Positions 9,205-20,804 of a stretch of 64,000 bases of DNA are shown piece after piece. The translations under genes and the position numbers were made by a program. This DNA is from an uncultured bacterium. Lineage in GTDB: Bacteria; Oederibacteriota; Oederibacteriia; Oederibacteriales; Oederibacteriaceae. The stretch lies in NCBI GenBank assembly GCA_965112635.1, contig OZ218778.1:2080001-2144000 (forward strand). The letters are read 5' to 3'. Under the pieces are notes generated by a model. The model did no database searches. It worked only from the letters and a program-made list of their open reading frames with translations, and was not told the origin of the DNA. Positions within the stretch are counted from its first letter, which is position 1. Each line of letters opens with the position of its first letter.

Positions 9205-11802
9205 ATGGCTGTTGTAAACGCCACAGGTCAAACAGTTAATATTTATTTGGCGCCGAAGGATTGGCCTGATTTAAAGCAAAGCCTACAACCTGGCCAGCGT
9301 CTTACAGGAAGGGTCGTGGAGCTTTTTCCAGACAACAAGATGCTCTTAAATATTAAGGGCTTTAATGTTGTGGCCGAGTCGCCAAATCTTACTTTTCAAA
9401 AGGGAGACATTTTGAATGCCCAAGTGACGAGCCTTGGTGATAAAGCCATTCTGAGGGTACTGCTGCCTGAGTCTGCGGCTGCAGGTATGATTGAACAGTC
9501 AACTTCCCCGGATATCATGGGCATTGTCGGCAGTTTAAAAGTGCCTCTTAATGAGCAGAGCCTGACCATAGCAAGGCAGCTTATAAACAATAACATTCCT
9601 GTCACAAAGGATAATATTCTTGAGGTCCTCAATGGCGTGAGAGGTCTTTCGCAAAATACTGCTTCTGCAGGATCAAATGGGTTCAGTACCATCTCCCAAC
9701 TAGTAAACAATTTTGATGAGATCCAAAACAAGCTTTCAGAACTAGAAGCCAGATTGCAAACTATGCCCAATAGTTCTCCCATGCTCACATCTTTATCGGC
9801 CTTGAAGAATAATCTCAGGCAGCAGATGAATTTTATAAGCCAAATTCAAGATGAGGCGGACGGCAATCAACAATCTATAATTTTAGAAAATAATTCTGGA
9901 GAAAATATATTAGCTCAACTTCAAGGTGTTCCGCTTACTGATGGCGGGGGTGACAATTTTGCCAATTACATTAGTGGTTTTGAAAAGTTCTCCGAAAATT
10001 ACGCTGCGTTTACCGCGGGCGGCCAGGATCTGAATCCTTTAAGCTTGTCTAATTCTATCTTGGACCTCCAAAAGGCTGCCTTGGATGTTTTCAAGCAAGA
10101 CCGAATAGTCGCGCAAAATCCAGGATTTTTAAATAGTGTTGGATTATTTCTTGCAGGGCAGCGGCAATTCATCAATGCCCAGATCCAAAATTGGCAAAAC
10201 CAGTTGGCTTCTTGGCAGGCTGGTTTGACATCACAAAGCGGCAAAAGCCTGAACGGCCTTTTGCAGGATCTGAGCCGCAATATTGGCGCCAATTATCCAA
10301 CGAGCCAGATCCAGAATCAGGCTTTTCAGGGATTGTTCCTGAGAATGAGTAAAGTTGCGACAACTTCTGAGGAGGAAAGCGCTATCCAGACGCTCGGGAA
10401 AGATTTTCAGGAAGTTTCAGCGCAGCAGATTGGTAATATCACCAAGGGCTTCGAGCAGGTGTTTGGCAGCGTTCCATTCAAGCAAATGGAGCAGATGGCA
10501 TCAGGTTCAAGCGATGGAGCTCTAAAAAACATGGTGGGACTGTTAAAAGACCAAGCATCTCTATTGAAGGACGGAGTATTTATGTCCTCTTCCTTAGACG
10601 AGGCAGATTTGACGGCAGCCAGGGATATCTTGCTCCAAACCGCAGGGGACGATGCCGGGAAGCGTCTCGAAGTTAACAATTTTTTTATCGGTCTTTCAAA
10701 TCTTGAAGATAAAGTTTCCAGCTGGAATAACCATAGCGGGCTGGAAACACTCAGCAATATCGCTCTAGACCCTAAGCAGGCGAACCTACTGCAGAGAGTA
10801 ATGGGGCGCGTAAGTTCTCCCGAGGGTTCTGTCTGGGAGAAAAAGGCAGCGGCGGAGGTCCAGGATACCCTGAGCCGGTCCTCCGGGCCTTTTTCACGAG
10901 GAGGCATTACTCTAAACCAGGCCGTTGAAATAGCTGTTTTTTTAAAGGCCCATTCTTTACCCATCAATGGCGAATCGTTAAAAATAGCGAAATACTTTCT
11001 GACGACCAATCCAGCTCTTTCCCAGGAAATAGAGTCGATGAAGGCGGAGATTGCCAGTTTGCGCAATAGCGGAGCGCTCCCCAAGAGTTTAGAGACCGAA
11101 ATTGGAAATTTTATGCAAACCTATGCGGAAGTATCCCTAAAATTGAACCAGGAAAGAATTTCTTCTCAGCTGGAAAGCTATGTTGAAAACGGCGGGATCC
11201 AGTTAGAAAGCAAGTTGAGGAGCGCGCTGGGTGACCCTACCCTGCAGAATACCATTCAAAATGACCTGAAGGGGATCCTTGGGAAGATAAGCCATTCTTT
11301 AAATAGCAGCACCGATCCTCAAAATGAAACTTATAAGAACCTCCAGCAAAAAGTCGAGTCGGTCCTGCAGACCATCACGGGTCAGCAGATGATGAATAAT
11401 TTATCGCCTCAGATCCCCACCAGGACCATCTATCTCCAACTGCCTTTCTGGCTGAACCAGGGGATGCAGCATGGCGAGGTCATGATCCAATACCGCAATA
11501 AGAAGAAGCTGGCCCTCAAAGGGCCGGATCCGGTCAATTTGCTTTTTACCCTTCAAACGAGCAGGCTGGGCGAAGTAAAAATAAAAGCTCAGCTACAAAA
11601 TGACAGAGCAAATATAAAAATAAATTTTGCCAATGAGACCTTGGCCCGATGGGCTTCGCAATTTGAGCATGAGCTTAAATCATCCATGGGCCAATTTGAA
11701 CTTAATCTTGATCCGGTCCAGTGGGGGTCCGCTGACAGGGAAGATAGGGTTGAGGAACCCCCAGAGCAACCTTATCCTGGAAAAATCAATATTAAAGTCT
11801 GA
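9205..11802 (+). CDS. FliK-like hook-length control family protein
   Basis: N-terminal small beta domain, long helical middle, C-terminal LQLPF...TSRLGEVKI T3S4-like domain, INIKV end; paired with an FlhB-like gene. Confidence 0.75.
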   Translation: MAVVNATGQTVNIYLAPKDWPDLKQSLQPGQRLTGRVVELFPDNKMLLNIKGFNVVAESPNLTFQKGDILNAQVTSLGDKAILRVLLPESAAAGMIEQSTSPDIMGIVGSLKVPLNEQSLTIARQLINNNIPVTKDNILEVLNGVRGLSQNTASAGSNGFSTISQLVNNFDEIQNKLSELEARLQTMPNSSPMLTSLSALKNNLRQQMNFISQIQDEADGNQQSIILENNSGENILAQLQGVPLTDGGGDNFANYISGFEKFSENYAAFTAGGQDLNPLSLSNSILDLQKAALDVFKQDRIVAQNPGFLNSVGLFLAGQRQFINAQIQNWQNQLASWQAGLTSQSGKSLNGLLQDLSRNIGANYPTSQIQNQAFQGLFLRMSKVATTSEEESAIQTLGKDFQEVSAQQIGNITKGFEQVFGSVPFKQMEQMASGSSDGALKNMVGLLKDQASLLKDGVFMSSSLDEADLTAARDILLQTAGDDAGKRLEVNNFFIGLSNLEDKVSSWNNHSGLETLSNIALDPKQANLLQRVMGRVSSPEGSVWEKKAAAEVQDTLSRSSGPFSRGGITLNQAVEIAVFLKAHSLPINGESLKIAKYFLTTNPALSQEIESMKAEIASLRNSGALPKSLETEIGNFMQTYAEVSLKLNQERISSQLESYVENGGIQLESKLRSALGDPTLQNTIQNDLKGILGKISHSLNSSTDPQNETYKNLQQKVESVLQTITGQQMMNNLSPQIPTRTIYLQLPFWLNQGMQHGEVMIQYRNKKKLALKGPDPVNLLFTLQTSRLGEVKIKAQLQNDRANIKINFANETLARWASQFEHELKSSMGQFELNLDPVQWGSADREDRVEEPPEQPYPGKINIKV

Positions 11803-11810
11803 GGCGGGTT

Positions 11811-12098
11811 ATGGCCACTGAGCGCGAAAAAAGAAAATCCGTAGTTGCTATAAAATTTCAACCTGGCCAACAGAGCACTCCCGAAGTGGTGGCAAAGGGC
11901 CGCGGGGTCATTGCCGAGAAGATAATCGAAATAGCCAAACAGAACAATATTTTCATCCATGAAGACCCTGACCTGGTCGAGGTCCTTTCCAAGCTCGATA
12001 TAAAACAGGAGATCCCGCCTGACCTTTATAAAGTAGTCGCGGAAATTTTGCTTTTTGTTTATAAACTGAACAACCGTGGTAAAATCCAAAAGAGGTAA
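11811..12098 (+). CDS. FlhB C-terminal-like export switch protein (EscU/YscU/HrcU family, YlqH-like)
   Basis: PEVVAKGRGVIAEKIIEIA...EIPPDLYKVVAEIL. Confidence 0.9.
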   Translation: MATEREKRKSVVAIKFQPGQQSTPEVVAKGRGVIAEKIIEIAKQNNIFIHEDPDLVEVLSKLDIKQEIPPDLYKVVAEILLFVYKLNNRGKIQKR

Positions 12099-12130
12099 AG
12101 GCATTTTTTGTTTACTCCAGGAGGCTTCTT

Positions 12131-13291
12131 GTGGTTCGTAAAGCAGGGATAACCTTTTTATTGATCGCTGTTCTTGGGTTACTCTTTTTTGGCTCCACTG
12201 TTCTTGCCCGTTCAAATAACGCGGTAGCCTACAATAATGCCGGAGTTGAATACGACAACAGAGGCATGGTCGATGACGCGATTGACGCCTATAGAAAGGC
12301 CATTGAGATGGACAGCGATTATCCCGATCCCTATTACAACCTGGGCGTCCTTTATTATGAGCAGAAAAAATACGACTCCGCGGTGGAATATCTTAGCCAA
12401 GCGGTAAAACTAAAAAGTGATTATGCCGAAGCACATCTTTATTTGGGGTTTACCTTGATGAAAACGGACGTAATGGATAAAGCGCAAGCTGAATTTGAGG
12501 AGGCCCTTAAAATTAAACCCATGCTGGCAGAAGCCTATTATGGGCTAGGTCTTGTCTATAGCAAGCAGGGCGACTATGCCAAAGCCAGGGAGTTTGCTGA
12601 AAAAGCCCTAGCCATCAATGCTCAAGATGCTAAAATTTTGAATTTATTAGGTTTGACCCTTTACAAAACCGGGGCCTATCCGGATGCTCAGACGAAATTT
12701 GAGCAGGCATTGGATATTGATCCGGAAAACGCGGAAATCTATTATAACTACGGGAATTATTATTTTGAAATGAACCAGTGGGACAAAGCTCTTTCCAAAT
12801 ACGAGGAGATGAAAAGACGCAAACCTAACGGTTGGCCTGACGCTTTAGTCTCCATGGGGATTTGTTATTTGCGCAAAGGCGATCAGGGCAAAGCAGCTGA
12901 ATTTTTTAAAGAGGGCATGAAATATAAACTTTCCCAGCCTTTAGGGAGTTATTATTATGCTATTGTGTGTTTGAACAAGAACAATGCCGAGGATGCCATC
13001 AAATACTTGAACCAAGCGGTTTATTGGGACAATAGTTTGAGCGCCAAGGCTTACAGCGACGAAGAACTGGCGGGTTTGAAAAAGGACGCCCGGTTTTTCC
13101 TGATTGCCAAGCCGTTGCCGACGCCGACGGCAGTTCCGATCTCTCCCGCAAAAAAGTCCCAAGCCAAATCTGACAAAGTTGAAGCCAAATCAGAAACCCC
13201 AGGGCCTACTCCAGTGCTTACTGCGGTAAACACTCCCGTTCCGGCTGTGTCCAGCACCACTAGTACGCCGAGCGGCGGCGCTGCCCAATGA
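12131..13291 (+). CDS. Secreted tetratricopeptide repeat protein
   Basis: Signal peptide, multiple TPRs (YYNLGVLY, AYYGLGLVY), Pro/Thr-rich tail. Confidence 0.88.
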   Translation: MVRKAGITFLLIAVLGLLFFGSTVLARSNNAVAYNNAGVEYDNRGMVDDAIDAYRKAIEMDSDYPDPYYNLGVLYYEQKKYDSAVEYLSQAVKLKSDYAEAHLYLGFTLMKTDVMDKAQAEFEEALKIKPMLAEAYYGLGLVYSKQGDYAKAREFAEKALAINAQDAKILNLLGLTLYKTGAYPDAQTKFEQALDIDPENAEIYYNYGNYYFEMNQWDKALSKYEEMKRRKPNGWPDALVSMGICYLRKGDQGKAAEFFKEGMKYKLSQPLGSYYYAIVCLNKNNAEDAIKYLNQAVYWDNSLSAKAYSDEELAGLKKDARFFLIAKPLPTPTAVPISPAKKSQAKSDKVEAKSETPGPTPVLTAVNTPVPAVSSTTSTPSGGAAQ

Positions 13292-13782
13292 GGGCTAGCA
13301 GCAACCCCAGGACTACCCGTTTTTTCCCCACCTTCATCCTTTTTTTGATACCAACAATTTTAAGTATGGCGGGTTTTTTATATGGGGACCAAGAAAGCAA
13401 CTACTGGGGGCCCTGGGAGCCATCCCATTCGGAGGCTTCCAATGGTTCTATCGAAAGCCGCAAGCCTGAAATTTCTAGCGATGCAGGCGAAATCACCACG
13501 CCAAAACTGGTTTTTCAAGCTGTGATCAAGTTCTACCAGGTATTTATTTCCCCGGCCATTCCTTCCCGGTGTAATTTTAATCCTTCGTGTTCCCAATACG
13601 CTTTTCTGGCCGTTGACCGATGCGGCATTTTGCAGGGGTCCGTGATGGCCGCCGAGAGGCTGATGCGCGACCATCCGGGCATCACGGGGTTATATTATTA
13701 CAATCCCAGGCTTAAGCATTTTGAGGACAGGGTAGAGGATAATATTTATTTTAGAAACCTTTTTGTTTTGTTCCCAATTTGA
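13288..13782 (+). CDS. YidD-like (DUF37) protein with N-terminal extension
   Basis: IKFYQVFISPAIPSRCNFNPSCSQYA motif. Confidence 0.8.
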   Translation: MRASSNPRTTRFFPTFILFLIPTILSMAGFLYGDQESNYWGPWEPSHSEASNGSIESRKPEISSDAGEITTPKLVFQAVIKFYQVFISPAIPSRCNFNPSCSQYAFLAVDRCGILQGSVMAAERLMRDHPGITGLYYYNPRLKHFEDRVEDNIYFRNLFVLFPI

Positions 13783-13804
13783 GAATGAGGAAGGGGAGCT
13801 TGTT

Positions 13805-14701
13805 ATGAGAATAAAATTATCAGTCTGCTTTTTGATCTTTCTGGCGCTTTATAGCTGTCCCCGGATCATTTTTGGACAAGCCCCGATCTCTAACGAGGCC
13901 TCTTTAAAGTTTGCGGACAGCCTTTTCGAGGATAAAGATTATTACCGAGCCGTGGGGGAGTACAAAAGGTGCCTGTTCCTTAGCCCAGCCCGCGCTGATG
14001 CCCAGGAAATCACCTACAAGATTGGTGTTTGTTACCTGAGAGGGAAACAATTCACGGATGCACTTTCTTATTTTGATAAGGCCGTAGAACTGAAGGCCAA
14101 TGGCCCGTGGGCTGAAAAAGCCGAGGTCAAGAAGGGTGATGTTTACTATTATGAAAAAAATTACGCGGATGCCCAGTCGCACTGGGTTGAGTTTTTGAAA
14201 AATAACCCCGAGTCTCCTTTGGCGCCGCGGGCTTTATACCTGCAAGGATGGGCCAAGGTGTATCAGCTCGATTTTCAGGGCGCCCGGAGCGCATTCGAAG
14301 AAGCAAGTAAAAATCCGGGGGCCTGGATGGACATCAAGGTCATGTCCGAGAAGACCACTCAGCGACTTAGAGAAGCTTCAAATATCCCCAGCCGTTCTCC
14401 GGTGGTGTCAGGGCTCTGCTCGCTGGTGCTGCCCGGCCTGGGCCAGCTCTATTGTGGCAGGACGTCGGACGCCATTGCCAGTTTTCTGCTCAATGGGCTG
14501 TTCGGTTATCTGTGCGTCAACGCCGTCCAACGCGAGGACACGGGGGGCACCGCGGTTTGGGGGACCTGTTTTTTCCTTTTTTACAGCGGTAATATTTACG
14601 GGGCCGCAGCTGATGCTTTCAGGTTCAATAAAAGCGCCACGCAGGATTTTGTTTCTCGTCTGGAAACGCTTAAACTTGTGGATATTGAAGAATCCTTTTG
14701 A
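13805..14701 (+). CDS. TPR protein with C-terminal TM2-like membrane domain
   Basis: Signal peptide, BamD/YfiO-like TPRs, SPVVSGLCSLVLPGLGQLYCG motif. Confidence 0.8.
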   Translation: MRIKLSVCFLIFLALYSCPRIIFGQAPISNEASLKFADSLFEDKDYYRAVGEYKRCLFLSPARADAQEITYKIGVCYLRGKQFTDALSYFDKAVELKANGPWAEKAEVKKGDVYYYEKNYADAQSHWVEFLKNNPESPLAPRALYLQGWAKVYQLDFQGARSAFEEASKNPGAWMDIKVMSEKTTQRLREASNIPSRSPVVSGLCSLVLPGLGQLYCGRTSDAIASFLLNGLFGYLCVNAVQREDTGGTAVWGTCFFLFYSGNIYGAAADAFRFNKSATQDFVSRLETLKLVDIEESF

Positions 14702-14774
14702 TAATGAGGTTAAGAAAAGCTAATATATTAGTCTTGATATAAAAACTTTGCTAAAACAGAGAGCGAGGGGGATC

Positions 14775-15221
14775 ATGGAGCAAGTCCAACGGCGGCAGCT
14801 TACTTTGATGAGGGCCATCGTCACATTTGTCATTGCCTGGTTCGTCCTTGCCGCGGCCGTTTATGTCCTGCAGCTGGTCACCTGGCCCAAGGACGAACTG
14901 CAGTGCCGCATCAACCTGATGAAACTGGACAAAGCGGTCCAGGAGTACAACGCCTCTCACCCCAACGCGCCGCTGACCGAGGATATCCCCCAGGCTATGA
15001 TCGACCAGCTGGGCATACAGACCCATGATTCCAGCGGCAAGGAGATCCACTATTACTTTCTTGCGCCGAGTCCCCATGGGGGCGTTATGGCCAAATGCAA
15101 CGCCCATGAGATCAATCCCATCTCTTTGGAAATCCTAGGTGTAACCATCCTGGCGGTCATTGCCACCTTGTTGCTTCTTTCCTATCAAGGATTTTCAATA
15201 TTTGTCAAAGAGGGTTCTTAA
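14775..15221 (+). CDS. Hypothetical membrane protein, pilin-like core
   Basis: N-terminal TM, C-x2-NL...AVQEY...C-x2-H, second C-terminal TM. Confidence 0.65.
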   Translation: MEQVQRRQLTLMRAIVTFVIAWFVLAAAVYVLQLVTWPKDELQCRINLMKLDKAVQEYNASHPNAPLTEDIPQAMIDQLGIQTHDSSGKEIHYYFLAPSPHGGVMAKCNAHEINPISLEILGVTILAVIATLLLLSYQGFSIFVKEGS

Positions 15222-15228
15222 AGAACCC

Positions 15229-16113
15229 ATGCTGACCGGTAATCTCCCTGCCTGGCTCAAAAAACCTTCCTCGCCGGGCCGTGCTGTGCAGAAAATGCGC
15301 ACCCTGCTCAGGGAACATCGTTTACAGACCATCTGCGAGAACGCCCTTTGTCCCAACCGGGGCGAGTGCTATTCCAACGGCACTGTCACTTTTCTTATCC
15401 TCGGCAATCTTTGCACCAGAGCCTGCCGTTTTTGCAATGTGTCCCTGGGGAAGCCCCAGCCTCCGGATGCAGGGGAACCAGACCGCGTCGCTCAAGCAGT
15501 ACAAAGCCTGGGGCTGAATTACGCGGTCATCACATCTGTGACTCGGGATGACCTGGAAGACGGCGGGGCGGGCCACTTTGCCAGGGTTATCCGGGCTGTA
15601 CGCCAGGCTAGGCCCAAGGCGGTCGTAGAGGTCTTGACCCCGGATTTTCAGGCTAGGGAAGCTTCTTTGGCCACGGTATGCGAAGCAAGGCCTGATATTT
15701 TCAACCATAATCTGGAGGTTGTGGGCCGTCTTTACGGCAAGGTGAGGCCGCAGGCAATTTACGAGCGTTCCCTGGGAGTTTTGAGGGCCGTCAAAAGTAT
15801 GGCTCCCAATCTTTTGACCAAATCAGGCTTTATGCTGGGTTTGGGAGAGACCCAGGAGGAGGTTTGGGAAGTTTTTCGGCACCTAAAGGCGGTCAATTGT
15901 GATATTGTAACGGTTGGCCAATACCTCAATCCAAGGCCAGAATGCCTTCCGGTGGAGCGTTATGCCTCCCCTGAGGAATTTGAGTCCTACGGGGTTTTGG
16001 CCAAGGAAATGGGCCTTTCTTATGTCTTTTCCGGGCCTTTTGTCAGAAGTTCCTATCATGCCTCGCAGATTTTTGAGGCAGTCCAGGGAAAAAGGGAGGA
16101 CAGCCGGATATGA
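15229..16113 (+). CDS. lipA: Lipoyl synthase
   Basis: CENALCPNRGEC auxiliary-cluster motif, CTRACRFC radical SAM motif, VRSSY. Confidence 0.96.
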   Translation: MLTGNLPAWLKKPSSPGRAVQKMRTLLREHRLQTICENALCPNRGECYSNGTVTFLILGNLCTRACRFCNVSLGKPQPPDAGEPDRVAQAVQSLGLNYAVITSVTRDDLEDGGAGHFARVIRAVRQARPKAVVEVLTPDFQAREASLATVCEARPDIFNHNLEVVGRLYGKVRPQAIYERSLGVLRAVKSMAPNLLTKSGFMLGLGETQEEVWEVFRHLKAVNCDIVTVGQYLNPRPECLPVERYASPEEFESYGVLAKEMGLSYVFSGPFVRSSYHASQIFEAVQGKREDSRI

Positions 16114-17033
16114 GCGTTGTGGTCGTAGGTTCCGTGGCGTTGGACACAGTAGAAACGCCTTTTGGCAAGGTGGCGGATGTTTTAGGCGGGTCGGCCACTT
16201 ATTTTTCCGCGGCAGCCAGCTTTTTTACGCCGGTCAAGCTGGTCGCGGTGGTGGGCAAAGATTTTCCCAGGCCGCACATCAAGTTTTTAGAATCCCGCGG
16301 GGTCGATCTCAAGGGTTTAAAAGAAGAGAACGGTAAAACCTTCCGCTGGAGCGGCCGTTATCATGAAGACCTTAACCAGCGGGATACCCTGAGCCTCCAG
16401 CTGAACGTCTTTGAACAATTCAGCCCGGAACTCCCGGCCAGTTATACCAAGGAAAGCTGTGTTTTCCTGGCCAATATCGACCCGCTTTTGCAGGGAGAGG
16501 TGCTGCGTCAGGTCAAAAACCCCAAATTGGTGGTTTGCGATACCATGGACCATTGGATCACCCAAAAAAAGGACGCTTTGCTGCAGAATCTTCCCAAAGT
16601 CCATGTCTTTATTTTGAACGATAGTGAAGCCAAACTGCTCAGCGGCTGCTCCAATCTGATCAAAGCCGCCTCAGAGATCCTCAAGGCAGGCCCTAAGGTC
16701 GTAGTGGTCAAAAAAGGCGAACACGGCGCCCTGATGTTCCATCAGCTCGGTAAAAAGATGGAGCTCTTCGCGGTCCCCGCGTTCCCTCTGGATAACGCCA
16801 AAGACCCCACGGGAGCCGGGGACAGTTTTGCCGGAGGGTTTGTGGGCTACCTGTCTAAATTCCACGGCAAGTTAAATCCCATATTGTTGCGCCGGGCCAT
16901 GGTTTACGGCACTGTCATGGCCTCTTTCACAGTGGAGAAATTCGGAGTGGAAAGGTTCCAGGAGCTGACCTCGAACGATATCCATCAGCGATATAAAGAG
17001 TTCAGGAAGATCGTCAGTATCCCTGGAGAGTAA
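16110..17033 (+). CDS. PfkB family carbohydrate kinase
   Basis: GGSATY, DPTGAGDSFAGG. Confidence 0.92.
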   Translation: MSVVVVGSVALDTVETPFGKVADVLGGSATYFSAAASFFTPVKLVAVVGKDFPRPHIKFLESRGVDLKGLKEENGKTFRWSGRYHEDLNQRDTLSLQLNVFEQFSPELPASYTKESCVFLANIDPLLQGEVLRQVKNPKLVVCDTMDHWITQKKDALLQNLPKVHVFILNDSEAKLLSGCSNLIKAASEILKAGPKVVVVKKGEHGALMFHQLGKKMELFAVPAFPLDNAKDPTGAGDSFAGGFVGYLSKFHGKLNPILLRRAMVYGTVMASFTVEKFGVERFQELTSNDIHQRYKEFRKIVSIPGE

Positions 17034-17065
17034 AATTTATCGTTTCATTGATCTAGGGAGGTATC

Positions 17066-18235
17066 ATGGAAATTTCCAAGCGCGTTAAAACCTTGCCGCC
17101 CTATCTGTTCGCCCGTATCAACGCCGTAAAGGCCGAAAACCGGGCCAAAGGCGTGGATGTGATCGACCTGGGGATGGGCAACCCTGACAGGCCCACCCCG
17201 CCCCATATCGTCCGCAAACTCATCGAGGCGGTCCAGGACAGCAAGACGCACCGCTATTCCACCTCCCGCGGTATCCCGCATCTGCGCAAGGCTGTCACTC
17301 AAATGTACAGCGAGCGGTTCGGAGTGGACCTGGACCCAGAAAAAGAGGCTGTGGCCGTCATCGGGACCAAGGAAGGCATTTCGCACCTGGCTTTCGCTTT
17401 GCTCGACCCGGGCGACGTGGTGCTGGCGCCTTCGCCGACCTACCCGGTCCATTCGTTTTGCGTGACCCTGGCAGGCGGGAACCTCATCTCTTTTCCCGTG
17501 ACCGAAGAGACCCATTTCGTGCCCAACTTGAGCGATATTTTCCAGCATACTTGGCCGAAACCCAAACTGCTTATCTTCAGCTATCCCCATAACCCCACCA
17601 CGGCCACGGTGGACCTGCGTTTTTTTGAGGAAGTGGTGGGTTTCGCCAAAAAAGAGGACCTCATCGTGGTCCATGATTTTGCCTATGCCGACATAACCTT
17701 TGACGGCTATAAGGCTCCCAGCTTTTTGCAGGCCCGCGGGGCCAAAGAGGTCGGGGCGGAATTCTACAGCCTGACCAAGACCTACAACATGGCCGGCTGG
17801 AGGGTGGGTTTCCTGGTGGGCAACCGCGAGATGGTGCAGGCGCTGGCCAATCTAAAAAGCTATATCGATTACGGCATCTTCACGCCCATCCAGGTGGCGG
17901 CCATTGCCGCTCTCAAGGGGCCCCGGGACTGCATCGAGGAGAACGTCAGGCATTACCAGAGCCGGCGGGATGTCATGGTCAAGGGCCTGAACCAGATGGG
18001 CTGGCCCGTGGAAAAACCAAAAGCGACCATGTACCTGTGGGCGCGCATCCCGGAGAAGTTCAAGCACATGAATTCCATGGATTTCTCCATCATGCTCCTG
18101 GAAAAAGCCGAGGTCGCGGTCTCGCCCGGCATCGGGTTCGGGCCATGGGGCGAAGGTTATGTCAGGATGGCTTTGGTGGAGAACGAGGACCGCTTGAAGC
18201 AGGCCCTCAAAAACATGAAAAAAGTCTTTAAATAG
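17066..18235 (+). CDS. Class I/II PLP aminotransferase (AlaC / LL-DAP aminotransferase-like)
   Basis: DLGMGNPD, YPHNPT, DFAY, SLTKTYNMAGWRVG. Confidence 0.9.
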   Translation: MEISKRVKTLPPYLFARINAVKAENRAKGVDVIDLGMGNPDRPTPPHIVRKLIEAVQDSKTHRYSTSRGIPHLRKAVTQMYSERFGVDLDPEKEAVAVIGTKEGISHLAFALLDPGDVVLAPSPTYPVHSFCVTLAGGNLISFPVTEETHFVPNLSDIFQHTWPKPKLLIFSYPHNPTTATVDLRFFEEVVGFAKKEDLIVVHDFAYADITFDGYKAPSFLQARGAKEVGAEFYSLTKTYNMAGWRVGFLVGNREMVQALANLKSYIDYGIFTPIQVAAIAALKGPRDCIEENVRHYQSRRDVMVKGLNQMGWPVEKPKATMYLWARIPEKFKHMNSMDFSIMLLEKAEVAVSPGIGFGPWGEGYVRMALVENEDRLKQALKNMKKVFK

Positions 18236-18295
18236 GCCGCGTAGCCCCAAGCCCGCGGAGTTTGTGGTATATTAACAAAAAAACATGGAGGGAAT

Positions 18296-19488
18296 ATGTT
18301 AGGGATATCCAAGTTAGCCAGCCATATCCTGCCTTCGGCCACTTTGGCCATTGAAGCCAAGGCCAAACAGATGAAAAAAGACGGGGTGGATGTCATTTCA
18401 TTCTCGGCCGGGGAGCCGGACTTTGACACACCGGTCTACATCAAAAAAGCGGCTATTGACTCCATTGACCAGGGGTTCACCAAGTATACACCGGCCTCGG
18501 GAATACCGGAACTCAAACAGGCTGTGTGCGGTTCGCTCAAAAAACTCTACGGGCTTGATTACCAGCCGGCCCAGGTCCTCATCTCCTGCGGGGCCAAGCA
18601 CTCCATCTACAACGCGCTTTTGGCCATCTGCCAGGAAGGGGACGAGGCTGTCATTCCGGCGCCTTACTGGGTGTCGTATCCCGAGATGGTCAAAATGACC
18701 GGAGCCAAGCCGGTTATCCTGCAGACCTCGGAAAAGAACCAGTTCAAGTTCACGGCTCAGGACCTGCAAAAGGTCGTGACCCCCAAGACCAAGGTCCTTA
18801 TCCTGAACAGCCCGTCCAACCCCACGGGGCAGGCCTACAAAAAAGAGGCCCTGCTGGAGATCGCCCAGGTCGCGGTCAAGAACAAGTTCTATATCCTATC
18901 CGACGAAATTTATGACCAGCTTGTTTACGGCGGGTTCAAACATTACAGCATTGCCTCCCTTTCTGCGGAGGTTTTCCAGCAGACCATCCTGGTCAACGGC
19001 GTTTCCAAGACCTTTGCCATGACCGGATGGAGGATAGGGTATGCCTGCGGGCCGCAGGATGTCATCAGCGCCATGTCCAACATCCAGAGCCAGTCCACCT
19101 CTAACCCGACCTCTATTTCCCAAAAGGCGGCTTTGTCCGCTTTGGCGGGTGAGGCTTCGGTGGAACAAGCCGTCAAGACTATGGTGGCGGAGTTCGCTAA
19201 ACGCAGGGAGTTCATGGTCCAGTTCCTCAACAAGATCCCAGGAGTGACCTGCTCTTTGCCCGAAGGGGCTTTTTACGCGTTCCCCAATTTCTCGGCCTAT
19301 GTGGGCAAGTCCATCAAAGGCAAGGAGATCAAGAACGCCAAGGACCTGGCCGCCTATCTTTTGGAGAGCGCCCATGTGGCGCTCGTGCCGGGGGATGAGT
19401 TCGGGGCAGCCGGGTATCTGAGGCTTTCCTACGCGACCTCCATGGCCAATATTGAGAACGGTCTGGAAAGGATCAAGGTGGCTTTGTC

Positions 19489-19492
<4 letters not shown>
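18296..19492 (+). CDS. aspC: Aspartate aminotransferase-like PLP enzyme
   Basis: AGEPDFDTP, NSPSNPTG, SDEIY, NGVSKTFAMTGWRIGY. Confidence 0.88.
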
Positions 19493-20802
<1,310 letters not shown>

Positions 20803-20804
20803 CC

